Assembly (NCBI GenBank): GCA_020053185.1
Contig: JAGVNP010000311.1
Coordinates: forward strand, 1-31,148
Length of the DNA: 31,148 nt
Direction: 5' to 3'
From: Deltaproteobacteria bacterium
GTDB lineage: Bacteria > Desulfobacterota > Desulfomonilia > UBA1062
Shown here: positions 9,725 through 18,200 of the stretch, piece after piece
Layout of the letters: every line of letters begins with the position of its first letter
How positions within the stretch are numbered: the stretch's first letter is position 1
The notes under the pieces: model-generated
Seen by the model: the letters and a program-made list of their open reading frames with translations, nothing else
Told to the model about the DNA's origin: nothing
Databases searched by the model: none
Program-made: the position numbers and the translations under genes

Positions 9725-10354
9725 ATGATGAAGAGGATTTCAAAGGCTCAGCGACATGATCAGCTGATCGATGTGGCGATAAAGGTTTTTGCAGAGAAAG
9801 GGTACCAGGGGGCCACCACGAGCGCGATCGGTAAAGAGGCAAAGGTTTCCGAAAAATTGCTTTATATGCATTTTAAAAACAAGAAGGATTTATTTTTAAA
9901 ATGTCTTGATAAGGTGTCAAATGATATAAGAAGAGGTTTTTTGGAGGCAAGCGCTGATCAGGGGAATGATGGATTTACCGAAAAGATCGGTATGTTTTTT
10001 TATGATTACATGACAAAACACGCGCATGCGATAAGTTTGCTGGCAGTTCATGCCGGGGATTTGTCTGATTCTGATATAAAAAATGTATACAGAGAACTGT
10101 TTAAGAGGAATGTTGATATTATGGATTCCTATACTCAGGCGGGCATGAAATCAGGGAAAATAAATTCCAAACTCAAACTTAACCCAAGGGCTCTTGCATG
10201 GATATTTGTAGGCGGATACTACACCACATTGCTGATGAGGGATCTTGGTTTTGATGAGTTCAATAGAAGGTTTATCAATGATATGCTTGATGTAAGAAAG
10301 GCTATTTGGTCAGACTCGGAACCATCCTCGCCCTCCCGCATAAGCACAAAATAA
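9725..10354 (+). CDS. TetR/AcrR family transcriptional regulator, divergent from the thioesterase gene
   Basis: LIDVAIKVFAEKGYQGATTSAIGKEAKVSEKLLYMHFKNKKDLF HTH. Start is ATG 9725 or 9728 after a GGGGGA RBS. Confidence 0.92.
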   Translation: MMKRISKAQRHDQLIDVAIKVFAEKGYQGATTSAIGKEAKVSEKLLYMHFKNKKDLFLKCLDKVSNDIRRGFLEASADQGNDGFTEKIGMFFYDYMTKHAHAISLLAVHAGDLSDSDIKNVYRELFKRNVDIMDSYTQAGMKSGKINSKLKLNPRALAWIFVGGYYTTLLMRDLGFDEFNRRFINDMLDVRKAIWSDSEPSSPSRISTK

Positions 10355-10385
10355 CCCCAATAGATCTTTGCATAATACCCACGTT

Positions 10386-10467
10386 GTCATTGCGAGCGAA
10401 GCGAAGCAATCTCAGATTTCCTGTAATTCCCGTGGGATTGCCACGTCGCTACGCTCCTCGCAATGAC
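10386..10467. repeat. REP-like palindromic element (GTCATTGCGAG...CTCGCAATGAC type)
   Basis: 11-bp terminal inverted repeat GTCATTGCGAG / CTCGCAATGAC enclosing internal GCAATC / GATTGC arms, just after the tetR stop. Confidence 0.8.
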
Positions 10468-10571
10468 CAAATCGCTAGTTGTGCAAAGGTCTCCCCCAGC
10501 AATCCGCACGAAGCAACCCCAGGCAAATGAACCATAATTTTATACTAATAAAAACCTGGAAAATGGCTAAC

Positions 10572-10612
10572 ATTGGTCAGTATGCGCTGACTGATTAGTA
10601 CGCTATAAATTA
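10572..10612. promoter_or_regulatory. Operator-like palindrome GTCAG-N6-CTGAC followed by ACGCTATAAATTA (copy 1)
   Basis: ATTGGTCAGTATGCGCTGACTGATTAGTACGCTATAAATTA; near-duplicate at 10779-10820. Confidence 0.45.
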
Positions 10613-10778
10613 ATGCCCCTGTTTATTTCCGGTCCCTACTCCTTTCTTTTTTGGGTCATGGGTGTTAACATGTTGAAAAGGCTAGCTTTATTCGAAAAAG
10701 CCCCCGGGTTAAATGTCCAATTATGGTGTGTAAGATTTTTAAATACAGCGTTTTCGGGGGGGGGGCAATAATTGGAAA

Positions 10779-10820
10779 TTAGTCAGTCAGCGCTGACCAA
10801 TTTACAGCACGCTATAATTA
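10779..10820. promoter_or_regulatory. Operator-like palindrome GTCAG-N6-CTGAC followed by ACGCTATAATTA (copy 2, contains TATAAT)
   Basis: TTAGTCAGTCAGCGCTGACCAATTTACAGCACGCTATAATTA; TATAAT at 10813-10818. Confidence 0.45.
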
Positions 10821-11074
10821 TATATGGTGCCTGAAAACGCTGCGCTAGTCACGGTTTACAGCTGTTACTATACGAAAATACGGCTTAAATTCAGCATTTG
10901 TGGGGTTTTACACCTTATATGCAATAATATGCATAATAATTTTTATGTTGACATGGCTAATTTGCTTATGATAGCGGGGCTTCATCTGAAGTTGAAAATT
11001 TCAATTGAGGAAAGAAGTTCAAGGCGGTTCTACTGGGTGCATAGGTTTCTTATAGTTGTACAATTGCCGAGGGA

Positions 11075-11101
11075 GGTTCTATCCTGGATAGAACCCTTTT
11101 T
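11075..11101 (+). terminator. Intrinsic-terminator-like hairpin in the leader of the surface-protein operon
   Basis: GGTTCTATCC-T-GGATAGAACC perfect inverted repeat, then C and TTTTT, about 130 nt upstream of the first operon gene. Confidence 0.55.
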
Positions 11102-11232
11102 GGTGTTTATGCACGCAGGGTAGTTGTTGCTGACAAGAGCAAAGAGTTCTTTTCGGCTGTAAAATATTACAACACAGAAACAGGAGATGTGAGCCCTGCT
11201 TCTGAATGGTAAAAATATACAAGGAGAGTAGT

Positions 11233-11724
11233 ATGAGAAAATTAGTAGCATTACCCATTATGGTTTTCTTTGTGCTTATAGGTCTTGCAGCCTATGCGGC
11301 AGATCCGCTTGATCTTAAGATGGCAGGCTTTCTTGTGACAACCGCAGTGGATCAGGATGGCAACAAGATGGAAAAGCTCGAAGCGCTGCCTGAAAAGGTT
11401 CAGCCGGGTGATATCATAGAGTATGTCCTTTCCAGCCTGAACAAAGAAGACGCAAGCCTGCATCATGTCACCCTGTCTGCAAAAATGCCTGAGGGCACTG
11501 TGTATACAGGGTCTCAGAAATGTCCTGAGGGCACAAGCGTGGTGTATTCGATCGACAAAGGCAAGACCTTTTCTGCCGGGCCAATAAAATATGTTGTGAT
11601 CGAGGACGGCAAAGAGATCGAGAAGACCGCAACGCCTGACATGTACACCAACATGCAGTGGCTCATTAAAGAGATCAAGTCCAAAGATGTGGCCAAGTGT
11701 CATTACAGGGTCACGGTGAAATAG
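11233..11724 (+). CDS. Small exported single DUF11-type (TIGR01451-like) domain protein, C-terminally incomplete fold (operon gene A)
   Basis: AAGGAG RBS; signal peptide MRKLVALPIMVFFVLIGLAAYA; VQPGDIIEYVL...MPEGTVY.GS...YSIDKGKTFS...WLIKEI...YRVTVK-stop. Confidence 0.85.
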   Translation: MRKLVALPIMVFFVLIGLAAYAADPLDLKMAGFLVTTAVDQDGNKMEKLEALPEKVQPGDIIEYVLSSLNKEDASLHHVTLSAKMPEGTVYTGSQKCPEGTSVVYSIDKGKTFSAGPIKYVVIEDGKEIEKTATPDMYTNMQWLIKEIKSKDVAKCHYRVTVK

Positions 11725-11790
11725 TGAAAAGTGAATAGTAACGAGTAAATAGTGAAAAGTAAAAAGTGAAGAGTAAGAAGAGTAAAGAAG
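11722..11790. repeat. Heptamer array after gene A
   Basis: TAGTGAA AAGTGAA TAGTAAC GAGTAAA TAGTGAA AAGTAAA AAGTGAA GAGTAAG. Confidence 0.7.
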
Positions 11791-11954
11791 TGATGAACCA
11801 GCAAAAAAGCCGACACAGTGTCATTCCCGCATCATTTTCTGTCATTCCCGCGGAGGCGGGAATCCAGGGGTTGTGCAATTATCAGAGAATACTGGATTCC
11901 CATTTGCATGGGAATGACAACGGGTATGTTTTCCGACTTTTTACGAGATCATCA
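11791..11954. repeat. Composite palindromic MITE/REP-like element, copy A
   Basis: Core GTCATTCCCGCGGAGGCGGGAATCCAG...CTGGATTCCCATTTGCATGGGAATGAC (11841-11918) inside imperfect outer inverted repeats TGATGAACCAGCAAAAAAGCC / GACTTTTTACGAGATCATCA. Confidence 0.8.
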
Positions 11955-12083
11955 CAAGTAACGGGATAAACAGAAAACGTGAGGAGTGCGTATTTGAGGT
12001 TTAAAAGGCTAAGTTTAAATGAATTAGTAATGAGGAGCAGCTACTGGGGAATTCTAGATTTGGAAGTTGAAGGAAGCAGCCTG

Positions 12084-12107
12084 GAGCCCGGAATCTTATC
12101 CGGGCTC
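12084..12107 (+). other. 9-bp GC-rich hairpin in the 5' UTR of gene B
   Basis: GAGCCCGGA-ATCTTA-TCCGGGCTC, no U tract. Confidence 0.5.
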
Positions 12108-12180
12108 ACGCCTAACGCAACACGCCTTACGAAAAAAATAAATAAAAATCGTGAAAGGAAATAGGAAAGAAGGAGGTTTT

Positions 12181-15156
12181 ATGGGAAAGAAAAGCAAAAC
12201 GAGGATTTTAATTCTTTGGACCGTAGCGTTGGTGACGATGCTCGGCCTGGCTGGGATAGCATTTGCCCTGACACCTGCCGGCACAATAATCGGCAACTCG
12301 GCAACCGCTACCTACTATGACGAGAACAACAATGAATATACCACTACATCCAATTTGGTAACAACCGAGGTACAGGAAGTATGCGGAGTTGATGTCACGC
12401 CGGATACCACAGTATCAAAACAAGGTGTTGCTGGTCAGACAGTATACATGCCCTTTGCAGTAACAAACAAAGGAAATGGCCAGAATACATTTAATCTTGG
12501 AACTTCGGCAACAGGTACTTCCGGTGCAACATACACGATCTACATTGACAGCAATGGAAACGGTGTGGTCGATGCTGGAGAAGGGGTGGCAAGCTCTGTC
12601 ACACTAAATGCAGATGCAGCAGCAGCTATTATTGTTGCAGTTGCAGTTCCTGCAGGTGCAGCAGATACCGACACATATTCTTTTACGCTCACTGCAACAG
12701 GCACAGCTCCTACCGGATGCGCTGATATAGAGGATGGATCTGTAGATGTGATTTCAGATGCACTGCTTACCATCAGTAAACAGGTAGACAAGAGCGTTTC
12801 AGCTCCGGCTGGCGTGCTCACCTACACAGTGAGCTTTCAGAACGTGGGTACAGTTGCTGCAAAGGCAAAGGATGACTTTGCTGTTGATTATGATAATGAT
12901 GGAGATGCTGATGCCAGCGTAGAAGGTATCCTAGTATCTGATGCTATCCCATCAGGCTCTGCATATAAAGCAGGATCTGCCTCGGGACAGCCACAAACCA
13001 GCCCGACAGGCTACGTTGTGTATTCTTCCAATGGCACGAGCTGGTTCAGGACAGAAGCTAATGCAGGAGGAGCAGCTGCAATTACCAATGTGGGATTTTT
13101 CATGCAGGATTCAGGTCCTATAGACACCACGCTTGGTAATGTGCTGGATCCTAACCAACAGGGATTCTTAAGTTTCCAGGTAACAGTGGATGACCCATTT
13201 GAAGAATCAGACGGTTATGTGGACAACGATGCGAGCGTTGCATATTCAGACAGCGCAAACACTTCACATGAGGTGACCTCAAATGAAGTACACACTCAAA
13301 TTCCTGCATCAACAACCGCTGATATTTCTACAAGCGATAGAAAAGCGACCTGGAATTTAGTGGAAGAGGATTCTGGCACAAACTGGCACAATGACAATGT
13401 GGTTGCTAGTGCGCCTGCAGGCCACTGGGTAGATTTCACGCATTCTGCTTCAAATAATGATGGAGTATATGCAGATGTGATAAGTCTTGAGACCGAGGAT
13501 GCACCTCTTGGCTGGATCGTTGAGTTCTGGAATGCAGACGGCACAGCAAAGCTCATTGATACCAATAGCGACGGAAAGATTGACCTTGGCACAGTTGCCG
13601 CACATGGCATTGCAAACTACATGGTAAAGGTATTCATCCCTGCCGATGAAGATACAGGCGGGAGCGTGGATATACTGGCAACATCAGGCAATAACCCGGC
13701 AGAAGTAGACAGAACACAGGATACAGTTACAGACATCATTACCGCGAATGTGGATATTGCGCAGCAGGGTTCTGGCGGTGATTGGGCAATAAATTCTGAT
13801 AACCCATCAGATAACAATACAGATGGCACTGCTGACAACGACGATATTCTTCCTGGAGACATGGACACAACAATTAATCCCGGAGAGACTATCTCATATC
13901 CGATACAGGTGGTAAATACCGGCGGATCTTCTGATTCCTACAGCCTTACCTATACAGGACTTCCTTCCGGCGCAACCGCAACCATCTCCACTGACGCTGA
14001 CTGTGATGGTATCGTAGAATCAGGAGATTATCAGATCACGGATACTCCGCTTATGGGTGGAACAGCCTTAAGATCTGCCGCATCAGCTACAAACACGCTA
14101 TCTGTGTACTCTGTTGCAAACTTCAGCGTAAATGATAAGTTAATCGTAGGGCTTGATGGTGTTGTACGGACAGTTACGGGTGTTGATACGTCAGCGAACA
14201 CAATCACAGTATCAGGATCAGCTATCACTGCTGCATCAGGCACGCTGGTATCCGAGTATATCTGTGTGGCATTAGTGGTTCAGACTGCAATAACCACACC
14301 TCCAGGTTCAGTCAACATAGTGGTTGAGGCTACATCACACAATTCCGGTGCATCCAATGATATGGATATGGCGCTTACAGTAAACGAAGTCTGCGGCATA
14401 TCTGTGAGCCCGGACAACTCAGGCACAGTGCCTCCTAGCGGATCAACCACCTATGAGCATATGATTCAGAACAGCGGAAATACGGCAGCAGATGTAACAA
14501 TCACTGTTCCATCAACTGGTACGCAGCTTACCTATGTAATACTTGATGCAGACGGCAATCCGCAGGGTACAAGCTATACTATTACCGGTCTTGCAGCAGG
14601 CGCATCAGCGAACTTCTCAGTAAAGGTTCAGGCTCCGTCATCTGTTACATCTGGAACCGTAGAGACTATAAACGTGACGGTTACTTCAAATGGAGCAGGT
14701 GGATGCTCTGATACTGTACAGGATTCTACATCGGTGATCGAGGGCTACATAGAGCTTACAAAGTACCAGAGCGTAGCAGACACTGATGGCCCGAATGCTC
14801 AGACAGGTATCTGCACAGGGAGTGCTGATTCCGTTACTGGCGGACCTTGCGACGAGATTACCTACAGGATCAAGTTCAAGAACGTGGGCATCCAGAACGC
14901 AGTGAATGTGGTGATCACAGATCCAATTCCTGATCATACCACATATGTGGCTGGGTCCTTAGGTCTTGATACTAACTGCGATGGTACAATCGACACTGCT
15001 TACGGAGATGGTACTGGTGACGCTGATCAGGCTGAATACGACTCCACGAACAACCTCGTGCGGTTCAGGGTCGGAGACGGCGCAACTTCATCTGTAGGCG
15101 GAACACTGGTTCCTGGCGCAGAAGGCTGCGTGATCTTTAAGGTAAAGATACAATAA
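12181..15156 (+). CDS. Exported 991-aa DUF11/Ig-like repeat protein, candidate major fibre subunit (operon gene B)
   Basis: AGGAGG RBS before ATG 12181; signal peptide ending GIAFA; mature start LTPAGTIIGNSATATY; several Ig-like domains with DxNxDG loops; one complete internal DUF11 and a terminal truncated DUF11 ending FKVKIQ-stop. Confidence 0.88.
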   Translation: MGKKSKTRILILWTVALVTMLGLAGIAFALTPAGTIIGNSATATYYDENNNEYTTTSNLVTTEVQEVCGVDVTPDTTVSKQGVAGQTVYMPFAVTNKGNGQNTFNLGTSATGTSGATYTIYIDSNGNGVVDAGEGVASSVTLNADAAAAIIVAVAVPAGAADTDTYSFTLTATGTAPTGCADIEDGSVDVISDALLTISKQVDKSVSAPAGVLTYTVSFQNVGTVAAKAKDDFAVDYDNDGDADASVEGILVSDAIPSGSAYKAGSASGQPQTSPTGYVVYSSNGTSWFRTEANAGGAAAITNVGFFMQDSGPIDTTLGNVLDPNQQGFLSFQVTVDDPFEESDGYVDNDASVAYSDSANTSHEVTSNEVHTQIPASTTADISTSDRKATWNLVEEDSGTNWHNDNVVASAPAGHWVDFTHSASNNDGVYADVISLETEDAPLGWIVEFWNADGTAKLIDTNSDGKIDLGTVAAHGIANYMVKVFIPADEDTGGSVDILATSGNNPAEVDRTQDTVTDIITANVDIAQQGSGGDWAINSDNPSDNNTDGTADNDDILPGDMDTTINPGETISYPIQVVNTGGSSDSYSLTYTGLPSGATATISTDADCDGIVESGDYQITDTPLMGGTALRSAASATNTLSVYSVANFSVNDKLIVGLDGVVRTVTGVDTSANTITVSGSAITAASGTLVSEYICVALVVQTAITTPPGSVNIVVEATSHNSGASNDMDMALTVNEVCGISVSPDNSGTVPPSGSTTYEHMIQNSGNTAADVTITVPSTGTQLTYVILDADGNPQGTSYTITGLAAGASANFSVKVQAPSSVTSGTVETINVTVTSNGAGGCSDTVQDSTSVIEGYIELTKYQSVADTDGPNAQTGICTGSADSVTGGPCDEITYRIKFKNVGIQNAVNVVITDPIPDHTTYVAGSLGLDTNCDGTIDTAYGDGTGDADQAEYDSTNNLVRFRVGDGATSSVGGTLVPGAEGCVIFKVKIQ

Positions 15157-15160
15157 AGGA

Positions 15161-15227
15161 TCGAGGCTAAAGGCTAAAGGCATGAGGTGAACTTACACCT
15201 TAAGCCTTTAGTCTAAGCCTTACTCGA
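15161..15227 (+). other. Long imperfect stem-loop built of 7-mer units directly after gene B
   Basis: TCGAG...AGGCTAAAGGC-ATG-AGGTG-AACTTA-CACCT-TAA-GCCTTTAGTCT...CTCGA. Confidence 0.6.
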
Positions 15228-15234
15228 AGCAGTA

Positions 15235-18200
15235 ATGGAAAATGGCCTCATGAAAAGAAAAGCCTCATTAGGGCTGAAAATACTTTTACAGGCAGGGGTT
15301 ACCCCTCACCTTGCTGTCATTCCCGCGGAAGCGGGAATCCAGAAAAAGATGAGCAAAGAACCTGGATTCCCGACCTGGTCGGGAATGACAAGACTGATGG
15401 ACCTTTTCCGGTTTACGAATCACGGTTTACGAATCACGAATTACGAATCACGAATTACGAATTACGCCCTACGTTTTACGCTTTACGTAATAGCAGCGTT
15501 GCTCGGCATTTTTGTTGCTACAGGAAGACCTGCGTTAGCATTCACCGAAGCGGGCACTCATATTTATAATACTTCATTTGCAACATATGAAGACACAGAC
15601 GGCTTTATCTATCATATTCAATCCAATACCGTAGAATTAACAGTAGCCCAGGTGTATGCGATCAATATCACACCTGACGGCACAACCGCCTCGCCAGGTC
15701 AGAAAAAAAATGCATATCCGGGCGGAGAGGTTTATTTACCATATGTACTTACAAACCCTGGAAACGGCCCAGACTCATATCAGCTTGATGTAGAAAATCT
15801 ACCTGGCGATGATGAGGATCTTAGCAATCTTAAAATTTATATCGATGAAAATCAGAACGGGGTTGTTGATCCATCAGAGCCTGTTTATGATAACACCAAT
15901 CCTCCGCTCATTGATTCAGGTGGGAGGCTCTATCTTGTAATAGCAGGCACAGTTCCTGCATCTGTGGCTTCAGGCACGATTTTTGTAAATGTGAACGGGA
16001 CTTCAAACGGAGATGGGACAAAGGTCGATAATGAAAATGTTTCAAAAATCAACATAACAGCAGATGGGTTTATCGAGGCATACAAGTCTGCTGACAAAAC
16101 CGAAGTAGACCCCGGTGGTACGGTTACCTTTACCATAGAATTCCAGAATAAAGGCTCAAAGCCTGTTTTGGGCACAGATATCTTCAACTGTAATGGCGAT
16201 TTTGATAATGATGGGACAACAGAGACAGCAGAGCAAGGGCTTCTGGTAGCTGATGTTGTACCGGATCATCTGACCTACATCGACGGAAGCGCCACATGGG
16301 CGCCGTTGCAGGGATTCCCCGTGTTTGCAGGCACAAACGGGATCTGGAAGGACGATGCCTCTGATGTAACTGGCTCAATTGAGTCAGTAGGGCTCTTTAT
16401 ACCTGAGGATGCATCTGGCGAGACACTTGTGCCGGATCAGGGCGGATTTGTTTCTTTCCGATGCACGGTAAATACTGATGCGCCGGTAAGTACAATTTCG
16501 AACACAGCAGAAGTTAAATATGCAAATTTAAACGGGCACCAGGTCACACCTACCAATACGGTAGAAGTGGATATACTTCCCAGAATAGATATCCGGGCTG
16601 ATGACACGGATGAAATCAACGAACCCGAGCACGAAGGCTCTGGAGTAGCGTCAGACGAGCATGATGTGATGTGGATCGACCATGCTGCATCCGGGGCGTG
16701 TATAAGCTTTGAAAATGAGGTTTGGAATCTCGGGAATGTAGACGATGTGATCAATGTCACATTTGATCAATCAAGATCTGAAAACCTGCCAGATGGCGCC
16801 GCTACCACTGGGGTCCTGTTCTATAACTTAGACGGCGCACTGCTGACAGACAGCAACGGCGACGGCAAGCCAGATGTAGGCGTTGTAAGTCCTGGAGAAA
16901 GCGTTCACTTTATCACAAAGGTCTGTTTCCCTGAAGGGAGTTCCGCGAATGATGTAGTGATTGCAGTAGAAGGTTCTTCCAGCCTGGACCCCAGCAAGAC
17001 CGATCTCACATTTAACAGGACCGGTGAAGTAGTGGCAGCTTCTGTCAAAGTGAATGTCATTGTTGGGAATACAGAAGAGCCCTGGGTCAAGAAAAAAGTT
17101 ATTGTTTATGAATATGACTGCTACGGAAACCTTACAGATCAAAAGGTTTTCTGGACCGATAGTAGCGGATTTATCGCATATGATGAATTTGGCAATTCCT
17201 CTCCCCTCTACAACTGGATAGAGGATAGTGACCCTAACGACCCTGACTGTAAATATACCTACAGAATAGGGCTTACCGAAGACTACTCGGGCTTTACTTA
17301 TTATGTATCCCCTGGATTCTCCAAGTCAGATATTGACCAGACAACCTCCTCCGATGAAACCCCCAAGCCTGGCACAGGGGGAAAGATCACTACTCAGAAG
17401 CTTCCAAGCGGGGGAAAAGTGTTGTCGGCCAGCATTGATCCTGCAGGATATGTCTATGATGGGGTGACAGGAGAGCGCATAGACAGGGCATGTGTCGTAC
17501 TTTATAAATGCAATGATAGTTCCTGCTCCAGCTATACTGCTGTTGATGCATCACTCCTTGATGTGTATCCTGACGGAAGCACGTTACAGGACAATCCGCA
17601 GGTCTCAGGCCCTACAAATGGGTCTGGCACTGATGTGGGAAAAGGCGATGGGGCCTTTGAGTTTAAGTTTTCTGATTTTACGCCAACAGATGAAGGGTGG
17701 TATTTTGTAGAGGTTGATTTTGACTGCGGGCTTCCTGCCAGCGATGCAAATCTGGCAAATGATTATAATCCTGTATTGCTTAATTCCGGCGCCACATGGG
17801 ATCCTTCTTCAGGAGCGCCTTACCATGGCCAGCGTTTCTATATTGATGCAACCAATTCCGGCGCAATAAACATGAGGATTCCTTTGCTGCCAGCGGATTT
17901 TGTTCCTATTGAGATCAAAAAAGAGGTGAATAGCGATATTGCATCCATAGGCGATCCGCTCAAGTTCACCATTACAGTAACGAACCCTAGCCCATACACA
18001 TGCTATGATGTGGATGTAATTGATACGCTGCCAAAAGAGCTTCGGTACAGAAAAGGCACAACAACCATAGACGGGGCTAAAGCCGATGATCCTGAGATCT
18101 CTTCTGATGCAAGAATGCTTACATGGAATATAGGAAACCTTGATCCGGGCGGTAGTGTAAAAATCACGTTTTATGCAATAGTAGGTGCAAACATCACAGA

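Noticed and set aside
10306-10530. 74-aa ORF after tetR
   Set aside because: It is a translation of the REP-like palindrome (LSLRAKRSNL...PRRYAPRND) and overlaps the tetR end.
10948-10972. TTGACA...TATGAT sigma70 promoter and an overlapping TGGC...TTGC sigma54 promoter
   Set aside because: The spacer is 13 nt rather than about 17 for sigma70, and TGGC to TTGC is 8 nt rather than 11 for sigma54.
10824-11123. 99-aa ORF in the operon leader
   Set aside because: No RBS or recognisable motif; it runs through AT-rich regulatory-looking DNA and the terminator-like hairpin.
10980-11232. c-di-GMP-I (GEMM) riboswitch ahead of the surface operon
   Set aside because: I could not find the GGCAAAC...GAAA...GACGCAAAGC core by eye; only an Rfam scan could settle it.
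11251-11703. 150-aa minus-strand ORF
   Set aside because: Antisense to gene A, which has an RBS, signal peptide and DUF11 motifs.
11766-12164. ORFs 11766-11969 and 11979-12164, and the similar 20593-20811 and 26969-27175
   Set aside because: Translations of the palindromic element and heptamer arrays (VIPAEAGIQ..., LDSHLHGND); not credible proteins.
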